From the NCBI GenBank assembly GCA_051294375.1, contig CM119271.1, forward strand, positions 8,856,120-8,920,119: a stretch of DNA of 64,000 bases. Direction: 5' to 3'. Every line of letters starts with the position of its first letter. Position 1 is the stretch's first letter. Below the pieces are notes generated by a model. It was not told where the DNA came from and made no database searches. It saw only the letters and a list, made by a program, of their open reading frames with translations. Below, piece by piece: positions 39,401 to 52,800 of the stretch. A program made the position numbers and the translations under genes. The DNA comes from Paraspadella gotoi. Its lineage: Eukaryota > Animalia > Chaetognatha.

Positions 39401-41657
39401 GGAAGCGGGAGGTTTGAATCTGTGGAAGGAAAGAAAACGGGGAGGCAAGCGAATTGCCATACGCTTTTACTTTAAATCATGTTTTCTACTTTTGTGCCTT
39501 TTGATTCACCGGTAATAAAACCGTGAAGATATGCGGAATAGAAAAAAAAGAAGCTATTACTACATTAATAACGGACATCGCAACTACATCAAACAACAAC
39601 AAAAAAAAAACAGCCTCCTGAGGTATAAATGACGAACTGGCCGAGAAGTCGCCAGACGAGAAAAAATTCCGCGCTCCATCTCCCAAATTCGAACTGATTT
39701 TCCGGCGAGATAGAATTTCGTCGTAGGTGAAGGAAGTCACCGAGTTCTTTGTTCACTCTGCAATGGGACGCAGATTATCGTTGAATACGACCATCTTAAA
39801 CCGCGCCTGTGTCTCTCTTTTTCTCTCTCCTGAGATATCTCTCTCTCTTTCATATTTTCCCAATTTATTTCTTCTCTTTCTTTTCTATTCTTCCTTATTC
39901 TTTTCTTTTCTTTTCTTTTCTTTTCTTTCTTTTCTTTTCTTTCTTTCTTTTCTTTTTCGTTTTCTTTTCTTCTTTCTTTTCTTTGTCTTTTCTTTTCTTT
40001 TCTTTCTTTCTTTCTTTTCTCTCTCTTTCTCTCTCGTTTCTCTCTCTCTCCTCTCTCCTCTCTCTCTCTCTTCTCTCTCTCACCTCTCTTCAGCAGTCTT
40101 CATGGCTATCCAAACTCCATTTATAAATTCTGTGACCGGCTCGATCGCCGTTCGACGGGAAGATCTTGCCAAATGCTTCGTTTGTGAACTTTGCCTAAGT
40201 TAAAAAAACAACATACCGAATTATAAATTCTATTCCGTAACTTTACCATAGTTCTATCAATCCCAAATATAATTCAATCAATCAGTTCGATCAATATAAT
40301 GCCTCCCTATGTTCTCAAACTGAGAGAGTTCAATTGAAACAAATCAAACAAGCGATTATTAAAAGATTGCATCTTCATTTATTCATTCATTAAATTAATC
40401 AAGCGAAACCAGTCACCAATCAATCAAATTCAAAAAAAAATTCAAACTGAAACAAGACGAAGCAACCGTGCCAGGTCGTGTTCTCTTCTCCAGATTTGGC
40501 GAGTCGTACCAGGTTGAAGCAAAGTCGTGAACGTGAGTGAAGACATGAAGAGCGTTAGCGGCGGCCGAAAGGAACGAGCAGACCGGACGAGCGCGGCGAG
40601 CTGTAGAATCAAGGAAATGCAGGTTTTGCCACTAAATATTTCATCGTATTTGAGCGCAGAGATCGAGACGTTTAAAGAGAATGAGTCAAGTATTTAGCGG
40701 GTTGAGAAGAGTTGCATGCAATTAAAACATAATCCTCTGCTTCCTCGGACATCAACGGCACCATCGGCGCTCAGAGGGTAGAACGCGCTTCTCCACGACC
40801 CGAGAGATGAAGATTGGTGGTGCGGGCGCTTCTGCCGATCGTACAAGTAATCTAGGAGGACTCCGGCACGATTGATGTCTCCAGTCAGACCGGAAGTCTC
40901 TCAAACTCTTCATGCTCAGGGGCATCCGGTTTAAAAAATTGCGATTGATAGATTCTAGATTTAATACCATTTCTATCATCTCATTATAAATAATAATAAA
41001 TTATTTATTAGGGGAGTGTAGCTTTTCATAACAATTGAAACTATTACTTTGAAATATTTCCAAACTCATGATTAGGGTAAGCCAGGCTACTCTGGGGAGT
41101 AGAATAAACAAGACTGGTGAGAGAGTTCTGTTGAAGAAGCTTCAGGAAGCCTTGCCATTTCATTATGCTTGTGAAGAGTTGATGGAGGCCTTACAACCAC
41201 CTAAGCCTGTCCCAAAGTCAGGGGCAGATAGGCTCTTATTTATTAAATGAATGGATAATTTTATTGGTTGTTTTTTCTTATACCAATTCATTAATATTAC
41301 AGATTATATTGCATTAGGAAAAATCACACATTGGCGACGAGAGTTTTCGGGAACGACGAGTGAAAGACTCTCGCCGTCCTCCGAGCTGCGCGGATTTGGG
41401 AATTCAGGAGGGAAGAGAGTCGTTCGTGAGGCGGACTCGTAGATTTCGGACATAGCTGCCTGCAATATGACATTATTTGTCAATTCCTCGACATTCCCTT
41501 CTTTCGTTGACGTTAGTTTCGGTTAACTGAAATAAATCGTTGTTGAATTCAATTTCAAACTTTATCTAATTGTAAATTTCTAAATTCAATTTTAAAGTTA
41601 CGTACCTTGGGGTCGAAAGGAAAATGTTTTTCTTTATTTTTTCCCCATAGTTGCTCT

Positions 41658-41713
<56 letters not shown>

Positions 41714-42522
41714 CTCTTTCTTTCTTTCCCTCCTCGCCACCGGAAAATTTCGATTGCAGATTTTTGATAAACGCTTGTCAAAAACTTGAATATCAATTCC
41801 TGATCNNNNNNNNNNNNNNNNNNNNNNNNNTCCTGATAAAAAAACGAAGCGATTAAAAAAAAAAATCCCAAATCAAAATTTTTTTTCACAAAATCGGAAA
41901 GGTTGAGTTTCGCCCAAATTGGGTTCAAACAACGGGTAAACGTAAAAAAAAAGCTAAACCGTGGTTGTGAGCATGGCAAACGTTATGTCTTGTGGGATCC
42001 AGAAAGGAGCCATTGATGCAAGAAAGAGATTGGTAAGCTTCCACGACGGCCTTTTTGATGTTCGTCACCTCTGCGGACGATGGAATCAAGTTGCCATCTG
42101 CAATGTCGCGCACTTGTCGAATACGCGATTGGCTGTCAACGAACAAATCGATCCCGTATAACTTTTAAAAAAATGAAATGATAATAAATTCAATACTCAA
42201 TGATTGAGATGGGATTTTCAAATTCGCTCCAGAATCTTATGTCAATAGGCACCGGAACGGACGGATAAGTTTTGGAACACAACTGAAATAATTGGGTGAA
42301 AAAGAAAATGAGTGCGAGTATTAAGTAATAATAGAGAGATTTAAAAACGAGAGTACGGTTTGACGAGAAATAGGTTGACGCTTGAACCAGAAAATTGGAC
42401 ATATAACTAAACTGTTTTGTAAACAGTAATGTATGAGCCGAGCATCGCAAGTTTTTTTTATTTTCCCCTTTCACTCCTCACGAATACGTCTCCATCATCT
42501 GAAATTCTCAACCTCTTTCACC

Positions 42523-42599
<77 letters not shown>

Positions 42600-45580
42600 T
42601 CTTCCTGTCTCTCTTCTCTCTCTATCTCTTCTCCCTCTCTCATTCACCGCCTGACTCTCTCCGCTCGTCGACATTTTATTCGAGTTGAGGCTCGTGACTT
42701 TCCTTCCCAGCAACGACGAGCCCTTGGAGACGAGTATGGACAAGGTGGCGGCGGCGGCGTGGGCGACGCCGGCTTCTAACCGCTCCGCCTCGTCGACTCG
42801 CCACCTTGTGAAGGCGGCCATCGTCGGCGTCGGTGGGAAGAAGACGCCCTCCTCGACGGGGAAGACGAGGGCGAAATTGTGGCCGCCACCGGAGAAAATC
42901 CGGAAAATCTTTTATCCGAAGGATGGGGGAGGGAATCCGCTTGTGAGAGAGAAAAAGAGAGAGAGAGAGAGAGAGGAAGGAATCGAAGAGAGACGAGAGA
43001 GAGAGGGAGAGAGAAGAGAGAAGAGAGAAGGAGAAGAGAGAGTTTCCTTCTCCACCATCTTGGATTCCCTTTCGTCGAGACGAGAGAGAGAGAGAGAGAG
43101 AGAGAAAAAGAGAGAGAGAGAGAGAGAGATTCCTTCTCACCATCTTGGATTCCCTTTCGTCATCCTTTATAATCGGAATCCTCGACGAGCAAGGGCTGGG
43201 GCGAGTCACGTCGTCCGGCGTCTCCACGCGGGAAACGGGTTCGCTGACGGCGGAGGACGGGAGAATCTCTTTGACCGGCGCCGACCATTTCCGCGCAGAA
43301 TTAGGGTCTCTCTCTTCCTCCGCTTGGGCGTGGGAGAGGAAGCTTACCGAGGTCGGGGTTGGCAGCAACATGTGCCGGTGATGACCCTGGCGATGACCCG
43401 CTTTGTTAGCAGCCGTGTCTTCAACACCTGCGCATGCGCATTATAAAAAAAAAAAATAAAAACAGACAAGTAAAAACCTAAATACCCCGTGAGCCAAAAG
43501 ACAGTGACACAAAAGAAGTCATCTCTTAATAATCAAGCGCTATGAATAATTCTTAATTCAGTATCCAAGATTTTCATAAATATTTTCATCTTTATTAACC
43601 TCTAAAAGGTCCAGAAGGGCAGTTGGTTTATGATTCCTTCTCAAGTCTTTGGGCAAATAATTTAAGCAGCTGAGCTTAACAACATCAAAGCATCAAAATT
43701 GAGGCTAAAATGATTGTCGAGAAGATGCATGTCTGTGTTCGCTGATCATAATTGGCAAGTTAAACCAGGGAAAGAATGAAAAGCAGCTGTGGCTAACATT
43801 ATGATTTGTTTTCCTTTTAAAACATGGGTAGTTTCAAAAAAATAAAGTAACCAATACAACACACCATCAACTACATCAATTTGTTTTACCAAAAGAATTA
43901 AAGTAAAGCAGAGAGAGATTAATGCAGTTGTTCTGAAGTTCAAACCTATCACATATCAACGACAAAAAAAAAACAGCAGCCACGTGCCTAACTGCGAATG
44001 TTTGCAGCACCCGAAGCCGTACAACATTCCCGACGATTCGACGTAGGCCAAGGAATGGCTCCGACCGGCCGCTACTTGAGTGACGACCGCGTGGGCCAAC
44101 GCGCCTTTCACGATCTGAGGGGCGGCGACTTGCTCGCGACTGCCTGAGCCGAGAGCGCCTTCGCTCCCCGATCCGAAAGCATAGACGTTGCCGGTCAGCG
44201 ATAACGCGACCGTGTGATAAGCGCCGCAGACCATGTGTTTTACCTTGCACGTGGATATAAATGTTTTAGAGTTTTATTTACATTTTTACCGTTTTGTATT
44301 TACGTTAATTTCATGCAAATGTAAATGTAAAACTTTTTTTTCCACTCATTAGTCTTATAATTAAATACAAACAATTTCAAAAACAGGTTATCAATTGTTT
44401 TTACCGCGACGCTCGCGAGCCGTTCAATTCTCGTGGGCTTTTTGGCCGATATCAATTCGCGAAGACCAAGCTGTCCTTTCTTGTTGCAGCCCCAAGCGAA
44501 GGCGGCCCCCGACCGAGACCAGGCTACGCTGTGGTGGTCGCCGCAAGCCAGACCGAATACGGGGATGCCTGATTAAAGGGCTTAATACTAATAATAGTCA
44601 TTCTTTCTTTGTCTCGAGATAAACGATCTAAAACCTGTCAAGCTATCGATTTCGATTGGATCGTCGAAGTAATCCAAGTCCACCTTGCCCGTGAGGGCGT
44701 CTTCGATTCCTAACTGTATCGTGGACGAAACCAGCAGTTTTAATGAAATATTTTTAACCACATTAAACATGAACATATAATTTTTCCCTCCTTTTGCCTG
44801 GCCCAAAGAATTGTCGCCGAAGGAGAAGACGTTGCCTCCCCGAGAAAGAACAAGCGAATGCTTGGCTCCTGCGGCCGCTAAAGAAGCGAAGAAGTTTAGC
44901 ATAGAATCGTTGAAATTGGGTACACCCCGCGGTGCGCAAACGATGAAGTTATCCTGGTCAAAACAGACACGAAAAATTTGGTTCTGCTCCTCGACTCTTT
45001 GGAGATCGGGGAGAAGAAGACCTGTTTCGCAGAATCAGTTATTTTCCCGCATTGTCCTTTATCGTTTAGTCCCCAACAGAACACTCGGCCCGAATCGGTC
45101 ACGGCGAGGTTGTGCGCGTCTCCCGCGGCCACGGCGCGGACGCTCTCCGCGAGAGGGATTTCATTCGGTCGCGACACCTTCTCGACGTCTGAAAATTTCA
45201 TCTAAAGTTTTAGCGGTGAGATCGCCAGGGAAAAAGGGATTAGATTAGATTAGATTAGATTACCTCCGACTCCCAATTGTCCGAAGCTATTGTCGCCAGT
45301 CCCAAAAATGATGCCATCTTCCGTCAGAAAGATAGAATGCTTGGTGCCGCAGGCGACGCTTTTTACCATGGGAGGGGGTAAGCCGCTTTGCGATAAATTC
45401 GTGAAAAAGGGAACGTTGACCGGATTTTGCTCGTCATTACGTACTTTATCTGGTACACATGAATCGTAATAGTTCTTTCATTTTTTTTATTTTTTTTATT
45501 TTTAAAAAAATACCTTTCTTCGGATTTTCTGTCTGTAAACCTAATTGCCCAAACTCATTGGCTCCCCATGCAACAAGCAT
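26399..45580 (-). CDS. HERC4: Small HERC-family E3 ubiquitin ligase (RCC1-like repeats + HECT), HERC3/HERC4-like, ~25 exons
   Basis: N-terminus [14 protein letters not shown] at 45580. RCC1 repeats [44 protein letters not shown]. Middle region YDQFYLPE and [29 protein letters not shown] motifs [23 protein letters not shown] and catalytic [15 protein letters not shown], ending [10 protein letters not shown] at 26399. Interrupted in this assembly by duplicated noisy copies. Confidence 0.9.
26553..26645. repeat. (TATC)n microsatellite in the last HERC intron
   Basis: Direct inspection. Confidence 0.95.
31034..31194 (-). repeat. Dispersed repeat family copy in a HERC intron
   Basis: Reverse-complement match to 5627-5767. 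Confidence 0.8.
31533..36607 (-). other. Second tandem copy (~5.07 kb) of the HERC middle/HECT exons, with scattered 1-bp indels
   Basis: Colinear with 26822-31532 and adds the [19 protein letters not shown] exon; contains a 25-N gap at 36429-36453. Confidence 0.9.
36608..41805 (-). other. Third tandem copy of the same HERC segment, with dense indel noise
   Basis: Colinear with the previous copy; begins with the same junction GGTAGTACCTCGCTTGCCGACG and ends at a 25-N gap (41806-41830). Confidence 0.9.
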
Positions 45581-46856
45581 CTTTTCTACTTCTACTTCTA
45601 AAATCTAATCTACGATAATATAACTGGGTAAACACAAAAGTTTCCGCGCTTTTTCTTTTATAGAACTCGAAAAACGGCGAGAGTTTTTATTATTTTGACA
45701 AAAACGCCGTCTCTCCCAATTTTTTTTAATCTAGTGCCACGCACTATTTTTTTAAAATTTCTTTATTATTGATTCTGTAAATATTTCACTTTTCATTTTA
45801 TTTATTTGATATTAAATACTGAAATTAAGTCTGAATAGTACTTTTCATTGAGAGTCATATGTTTTTTTTTATTGCAAGTGCAAACGCCTTTTGCAATTAG
45901 GTAGCAAAACGGAAAACTAAAATAAACAAAAGGGAAAATGAAAACGATTTATCCGTCAATACTAAAAAGAATTGCTTATAAGTCATTCAATGCTGTCTTA
46001 TTTCTATTTAATTATTTTAGTTGTAATTTTCGAGAATTATGGACATATTTCATAGAAAGAGATTTTATCTATTTTTAGAAAGAATAATTCTTAGGAAAGT
46101 ACATCCCAAAAAAAAGTCAAGATGGCTGCCTACAGTGATGTCAGACTCCCACCCTGTTTTATAGCCTGGGAATGTTGTTTTTAAAGTAATGTCATTTACG
46201 AAATACCTTAATACCTTAATTGCCAATTTTTCTTTTCACAAATTTTCTACAATATGAAGCTTGCAGCAAAGAGTTTTGGAAAATTGCTTCGTCATTTTAA
46301 AATCCCCTATTTGAATTCAAATCTCGACGTTCTCCAGCCGTCAAATATCAACTACTTGTTATGTAATTGAAAATAATTCATTTTATGTTCACGATGATCC
46401 GCTTTTTCGCTTTTTTTTAATATTATAGTTAGCCAATTGAAAAATTCCTAAATAAACAAACTAGATTATAATCAATAGGTTTTAAACAGCGTAATATAAC
46501 CTAAAAACCTATAATATAATATAACCTTTGAATATAACCTTTAATCGTCAACTAATATCCTATGTTTTTGTTTGACTGTTTTCTCCGTAGTGACGCCAAA
46601 CCGTGCCATAAACTATGACTGAGAGAATATAGCCGATTGTTGGATCGCCTTTAATTGCTTTCCCTGAGGATGTTCGAAATCATTTTGGTAAGCTTACATT
46701 ATAAAATGTTGTGATCATTCTATTAATTTATTTGGATTCTTGGAAATAACAACGTAACCACTCTGAATTTCCGGCATAAAATTGCTACATCTATTCTTTT
46801 CAACTTTCAATGTATTTCTAACAGATAGCCTGTTGCTAGTCGTCCCAACCGTCGAA
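45581..46856. promoter_or_regulatory. Divergent (likely bidirectional promoter) region between HERC and Graf
   Basis: Head-to-head start codons ~1.28 kb apart. YY1-like AAGATGGCTGCC at ~46119. Probable Graf 5'UTR exon 46591-46687 (CGTAG|...TTTG|GTAAGC). Confidence 0.5.
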
Positions 46857-49800
46857 ATGGTTCTTCATCCCCTCGAATTTACGGACTGTCTTTTGGACAG
46901 CCCTCACTTTCGCGAGAACCTCCTCGCGCACGAGAAAGAATTGGAACGAACCAGCCAAGCGATAAAGGTCAGGAATCGGAAGTCCGAAAAACCGGATTTC
47001 CATTGCAATTATCTATTCTCGTCAGCCGTTTCCGCACGCAAATTCATCCTATTCCCCCCCCTCTCTTCTTCTCGTCCAACTGGAATTCCCTTCAGGTCCT
47101 CATTCGCGAAGTGGAGGATTTGTTCGGGGCGGCGAAGAACCTCTCCAAGGCCCAACGCTCTTTTTCCGATCAACTGAAAAAGTTTAAGTTCGACTGCATC
47201 GGGACGACGCAGACGGAGGACGAGCAATGCATCTCCGAGTCGCTGGAGAAGATGGGCAACCTCATTGCCGACATCGAGGACGAGCGGGATCGGATGCTAG
47301 AGAAGGCCAACGACCAATTCATCCAACCCCTCATCAACTTCAGGTTGTCCAAAAAGAATGAAAAAAAAAGAAAAAAGAAAAACCTGTCGCAATTCTCAAT
47401 TTTCAATCGCCTCATCTCCAGAAAAAAAGACATCGGGGACGCGAAGGAGGGGAAGCGAAAATTCGATCGACAGACGACAAAATTTTGTACTCAACTCGAG
47501 AAATATTGCAGCCTTACCACGAAGAAGAATGACGCCACCCTCCAGGTGATGTCTCGTCCCATAAAAGGAAAAAAACTTCACAAGAAATTTATAAAAAACT
47601 GATTTTTCCCGTCCTCTCCTCAGGAAGCGGACGCCGTCCTCGACATGGAACGGCGCGCCTTCTATTCCGCCTCCATGGATTACGTCTTGTTGCTGCAAAA
47701 AGTGCAGGAGAAGAAAAAATTCGAGTTCGTGGAGACGCTGCTGCGGTTCATGTACGCCTGGCTTACGTTTTACCACCAGGTAGGTCATATTGCAAAAACA
47801 CTGTCCTTGTCTGGGAGTTTATGGAGTTTTTTAATGTCTTCTAGGGTCACGAAGTCGCCCAAGACTTCAAGCCTTATATGCACGACCTTCAACATCGTCT
47901 CCAGCTGACGAGGGACAACTTTGATATTAACTTCGAATCCGCAGAAAAGCTCAGGAATAAAATGCTCGAGGTTTGTTCACTTGTAAGGTGAAAGTTTTTG
48001 TTGGACAATGGACATAGTACTGATCTAAAATAATATTAAAAGGTTCGAAACAGCAGCGGGAACTCAGCAAAATCAACGCTAAGCCTCAATTCTTCCAGAA
48101 CTGAAGAGTATCTCTTGCCAGATGGAGCGAACAGAGCTTGTACGAAGCAGGTTAGGTATTTTTTTATAAGTGAATTTTGCGGGTTTTTTTTACGGCAAAG
48201 ATGCTCGGTTAACTTGTCATTGCATTGTCTGAGGTTATTGAAGGAAAAATAAAAATATTTCGATATTTTGTCTTTTCAGGGGTACGTCTTTCTAATGGAC
48301 AAAAAACCCTGGGGAACAACATGGACAAAATACTATTGCCTTTACCAGAAGGAGAACCGAGTCATGACGATGATTCCTTACCAACAAGGTTCAAAAGCTC
48401 AATTTTTTTCGCGATTGTTATTAGTAAAGTAAAAGATATATTTTTTTTGTATTTCATGTTAAATTACAAACTTTATCCCTTGCCCCAATGTCCCCTTGCA
48501 GGGCAAACGCGCGGGATCACGACGGAGACCTTCGTCGTCACCTCCTGCACGCGGCGCCCGGGAGATTCGATCGAGAAGCGATGGTGTTTCGACGTGACGG
48601 CGCAAGACAAACCCTCGGCGCTCACCTTTCAGGCGTTGGGCAAAGAGGATCGACAGCAATGGCTCGACGCTTTGGACGGGAAGGAGCCGGTGAGTTAAGC
48701 AAAATACAACCAAAGTCATATTTTAAGTTTATTTCATTTTTCTCTCGTCTTCCCTTAGATTTACGCGTCCCCCTCCCCCGCGACGCCGTTGGCCCTGAAT
48801 CACTCCGGAGTGACTCAAGCTGAGAGTCCCTTCGTCCTCAACGACAAGGGCGTCCACTTCGTCGAGAAAATCATCGAGGGGATCGAGTCGCGCGGCCTCG
48901 ACGACCAGCAGGGCCTCTACCGGTTGGTGGGCGTGGCGTCCAAGGTCAACCGCCTCCTCCAAACGTGGTTCTCTTCGTCGACGCCCGGGAGCGAGGACCT
49001 GAGTTCCTCCGGAGAGTGGGACGTCAAGTCCTTGACGTCGGCGCTGAAAAAGTTCTTTGGCAACTTGCCCGAGCCCCTGCTCACCTACAAGCTTCACTCG
49101 CACTTCATAGACGCCGTGAAAACGCCAGAGAACAATAAAGCCATGAGAGTTCAGGTCGGTAAAACTTTTAACGGGGAAACGGGGAACGTTTAAAGCCTCT
49201 TAACCTTCGCTCGAGTTGAAAATGCTTTCGTCCAAACTCGCAGGCGTTGACGTCGCTGGTTCGACAATTGCCGGAAGTGAATCGGGTCGTGCTGGACAAG
49301 TTGATGGCGCATCTCGCGCGAATCGCATCTTTCTCTGACACTAATCTCATGACAGTCGCCAATTTAGGTCAGTCGCTGCCATTCTTCTAACCTACTACAT
49401 CTTAATGCCAGTTTCTTACTTTTCTTCGGCTCATTATTTCCAATTATCAGGAGTTTGCTTCGGACCCACGCTCATGCGGAGCGAGGAGGAAACCATGGCG
49501 GCCATCATGGAGATTAAGTTTTGCAACATCGTCGTGGAGTTGCTCGTCGAATATTACGACACCATCTTCGTGGCCAGTCGCGAGCCGGATTCAGGAAGGT
49601 GAGCCTCCCTTCGATGCCATCAATGGAATATTGTTTCGTCGCAACCATTCTTCGTTTTTCGTCGCAGACCCTCTACGCAAACAACCCCTCAGTACGTGAA
49701 CACACACTCGCATCTCTATCAGTATGAGCAAAACCATCAACCCCCAAGCCTCATGGACACGCAAACGCCTTTGCGAAAGGATAAGCGTCCGGCTCCAGCG

Positions 49801-51303
49801 CCACCGCGTGGTCCCGGTAAGAATTCATTGTTTTTATAAGTTTCAACCTAATCTCGTTTGCATTTTGCATAGTGCGGTAGGTAATTAGTTGTCTTGCTTG
49901 CTTGATTGATGGAAATTGTTGTCAATTTTAGTTGCCCAATACATGAATCGAACCCCACCGTCTCCACCCGCTCCTCACCCGAGCATGGCTTCCTTTGTGC
50001 TCTCCCATTCAAACTCTTCCGATCGATCTAGTCCACTTGACGATACCAACGTCACAGATGGTAACTTGTTCGTCATTGGCCATTGCAGCATCCAATTATG
50101 AAGTTTTGTTTCACACTTCGTTTTGAACCTATAGGCGGGGGAAACTCGAGCGACTACGACAACGCCCCCAGCTCCCGGGTAATGAGCAGCAGCATGAACG
50201 CTGGCTTCGGCCCGGGCGTTTCTAAGGCGGCCCCGCGGACGATCTGGGACGCTCACTTCAGTCGCAGCGAGGGAGCCAACATAAACTCTGCCGGATCGGG
50301 TGGTCCTAGCGGCCAGAACCACTACTACTCCTCGGTGCCTCTTAAGGAAAGTCGAAACGCTGGCAGCCCCGCCCTCACCAGCAGTTCCGAATCGCTTGGT
50401 GAGTGTTGAACTCTATCTCTTTCGTTTTGTTTGTATTCCTCGTTAAGTCTCGCACCTTTTATCGCAGGGGCGGGAAGCGGTTCGGGTCCCGTCGGCGCGA
50501 CGTCAACCAATTTGGTTTCCAACCCGTTGGTCGAACGGCGGAACGGTGGCAATGAGTTCGATCCTGGTGGGTGATCTCCCAGCAATATCCGTTTGTGATT
50601 TGCGTCCGATAGACGGATTTAACGAGACGTAAAAGTATCTCATCTGTCCGCTTTAGCAGCCGGAAAAAAGGCCAGCCGGGTTTCCCTCGGAGTCGGCGGA
50701 GGCGACACGAAAGTTCCCCGGAATCAAGTCGCCAACACTGCCGCCATGTTCGAGAACAACGCCATCGATTCGACGGGCGACACTGCGAGAGGTTGGTTGA
50801 TTTTTATGGAGGAAAAATTTGTTGACTAATATGTCAACATTCACCATCTAACAGTTATTACTACAATGCTTCTCTCATTTTCAGTGGCTCCGCCTCCCTG
50901 GCGGCCAAATCCCACCAAATCTCAGCGCGTCGGCATGGGCGGTGTCGGCAGCGGCAGCGTCGAGTCCGGTGACGGCGATTCGCAGATCCGAGACTTTTTC
51001 CCACCGACGGGCAATCGAAAATCGAGCGGCAGCGTTACGGTAACGACGGCGACGCCGTCGACGGCGCCGCCTCCTAACGCTTCCGCATCCGCCGCGGGTC
51101 GAGGGCGTCGCGTCCGGACCATCTACGCCTGCCAGGCGGATCACGGATCGGAACTCTCCTTCGAAGCCAATCAGATCATCGTGAACGTGCGGCATTCCCA
51201 GGAACCTGGATGGTTGGAAGGGACGTTGAACGGGAAAGTCGGACTTATCCCAGCTAACTACGTCGAGTACTTGCCCGACGCCTCGGGAGCTTCAAACTCT
51301 TAA
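46857..51303 (+). CDS. Graf: GRAF/oligophrenin-family Rho GTPase-activating protein (BAR-PH-RhoGAP-SH3), multi-exon
   Basis: MVLHPLEFTDCLLDSPHFRENLLAHEKELERT (BAR start). PH domain GYVFLMDKK...TWTKYYC, DSIEKRWCFDV. RhoGAP GLYRLVGVASKV, LPEPLLTYKLH, NLMTVANLGVCFGPTLMR. SH3 RVRTIYACQADHGSELSF...GWLEGTLNGKVGLIPANYVEYL. Introns traced through the RhoGAP domain are GT-AG. Confidence 0.95.
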
Positions 51304-52800
51304 AAAGTTTTCTTTAACGTTCTCTTTCGTTCTCCGTACGAAAGAGAGATTAGGGGAAAAAGGAAAAAGACTCTCCCACATTGCGCCTCTCAAAAGCGTC
51401 GTTCCGACTCGGAGCCAAAGCGCCGGTTTTTAAAATATTAACCAACTCTTCTGCTTCGGTCCGAAACAAAAAATCAACTATGATATTTACACGCTTTGGG
51501 GATTTTTTTTTTCAAATTTTATGAGTTTTTAGGAAGAGATTTCTGGATGGGAACGTGTTTCGTTTCAGACTGACCCACTAACGTATTATCTTATCTTATC
51601 TAGAGGTTGTTTTTTTTTTGTTAGTCTTCAATCCGATTTTCATCAATTTGTTTTTTCAATTTGGGACTTTTTTTTTTCTTTCGCTTGGGTCAGTTTGCAA
51701 ACAAAGGTCCTAATTATTGTAAAGGGATCTCTGGGCACCCCGTTGTTTTCGTCGCGCGTATCTTCTCTCTAGTCCCGGAAAAGCGAGTCCGCCCCGCCCC
51801 CGCCAAAATTCTCCTTAAATGCGTTTTTGTTTTCTCTAACTCTCGTTATATACTCAAAATATTAACTGGGAAAGTAATGGATCCAGAATTGGTTATCCGA
51901 GTCGATTCGTTTAAATTAAATTTGAAAACAAATGACGGTAAACTTCGTCCGTTTTGCTATAAAAAAATTATTTGAAATTTTAAATAAGTAAATTTTACAA
52001 TTATTTCAAATTTATTATTTATTATTTCTCAGATAAATTTTTTCTCAGTTTATCGTCTGTAATTTATGTGCAATTAATCTTTTTACTGAAAATGCAATTA
52101 ATTTGGAGGAATTTAATTGACCTGATGACGTATTCGTATCTACTTTCTTCCCAACTGTTTCCAGGATTTTTCCTAAGTTGGTTTTTCGTGTTTTATTATT
52201 GTTGCTTTGACCCCCTCCCCCTTCTTCCTTTACTGATTTATTTTTAGAGAATCACTGTTTTCCCGAACTATTAAAATGAGATTTTTATCCTTTGAAAGAC
52301 CCCCCACTCCTCCAATTTCTGATTAGGAAGAGTGCTCTCGAATGAGATCCTTTTAATTAGGACAAAAAAAATCTATTTCTTTTTCTCTCTGCGTTTTCTT
52401 TTCCCCTCGACTGTCTCTCGTGAGGTATCTTCCTTCATCTTAAAAGTTAAAAATGCAAAAAGTGAAACAACGGCTTTCGGCGTCGTTTGGAATATATATC
52501 TCGTTTCCGTTTTGTTGCATCGCGCATGTTGTTACCGAATTATTAGTAGTATTGCTTGAAACTATCGTTTTAATTTCCGAACCTGCGCTAAGAATAATGA
52601 AAAAAAAATTCTGTCAAAAAAAAAAATCAGTCGCGAATCGTTCCAAACGTAAATTCTTGCTATTAATCTTTCAAACCAGCTCCCGACGAGCTCCTTCGGT
52701 TTTTTTTTCAAATTATAATCGAAAACAAAACAAAAGTAATAGACTAACCAACGATACTTCATTCCTCCGACTGTGTATTATTTTTGTAGTCGCGTTATAG

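Noticed and set aside
29610-40203. Many RE/K-rich or SL/F-rich ORFs (also at 3053, 14325, 22050, 25312, 42429)
   Set aside because: Translations of (AG)n and (CTTTT)n microsatellites.
43045-43160. Local duplicate of a HERC exon end and donor (CATCTTGGATTCCCTTTCGTC) between AG microsatellites
   Set aside because: The second copy has no acceptor and sits in a microsatellite; probably assembly stutter.
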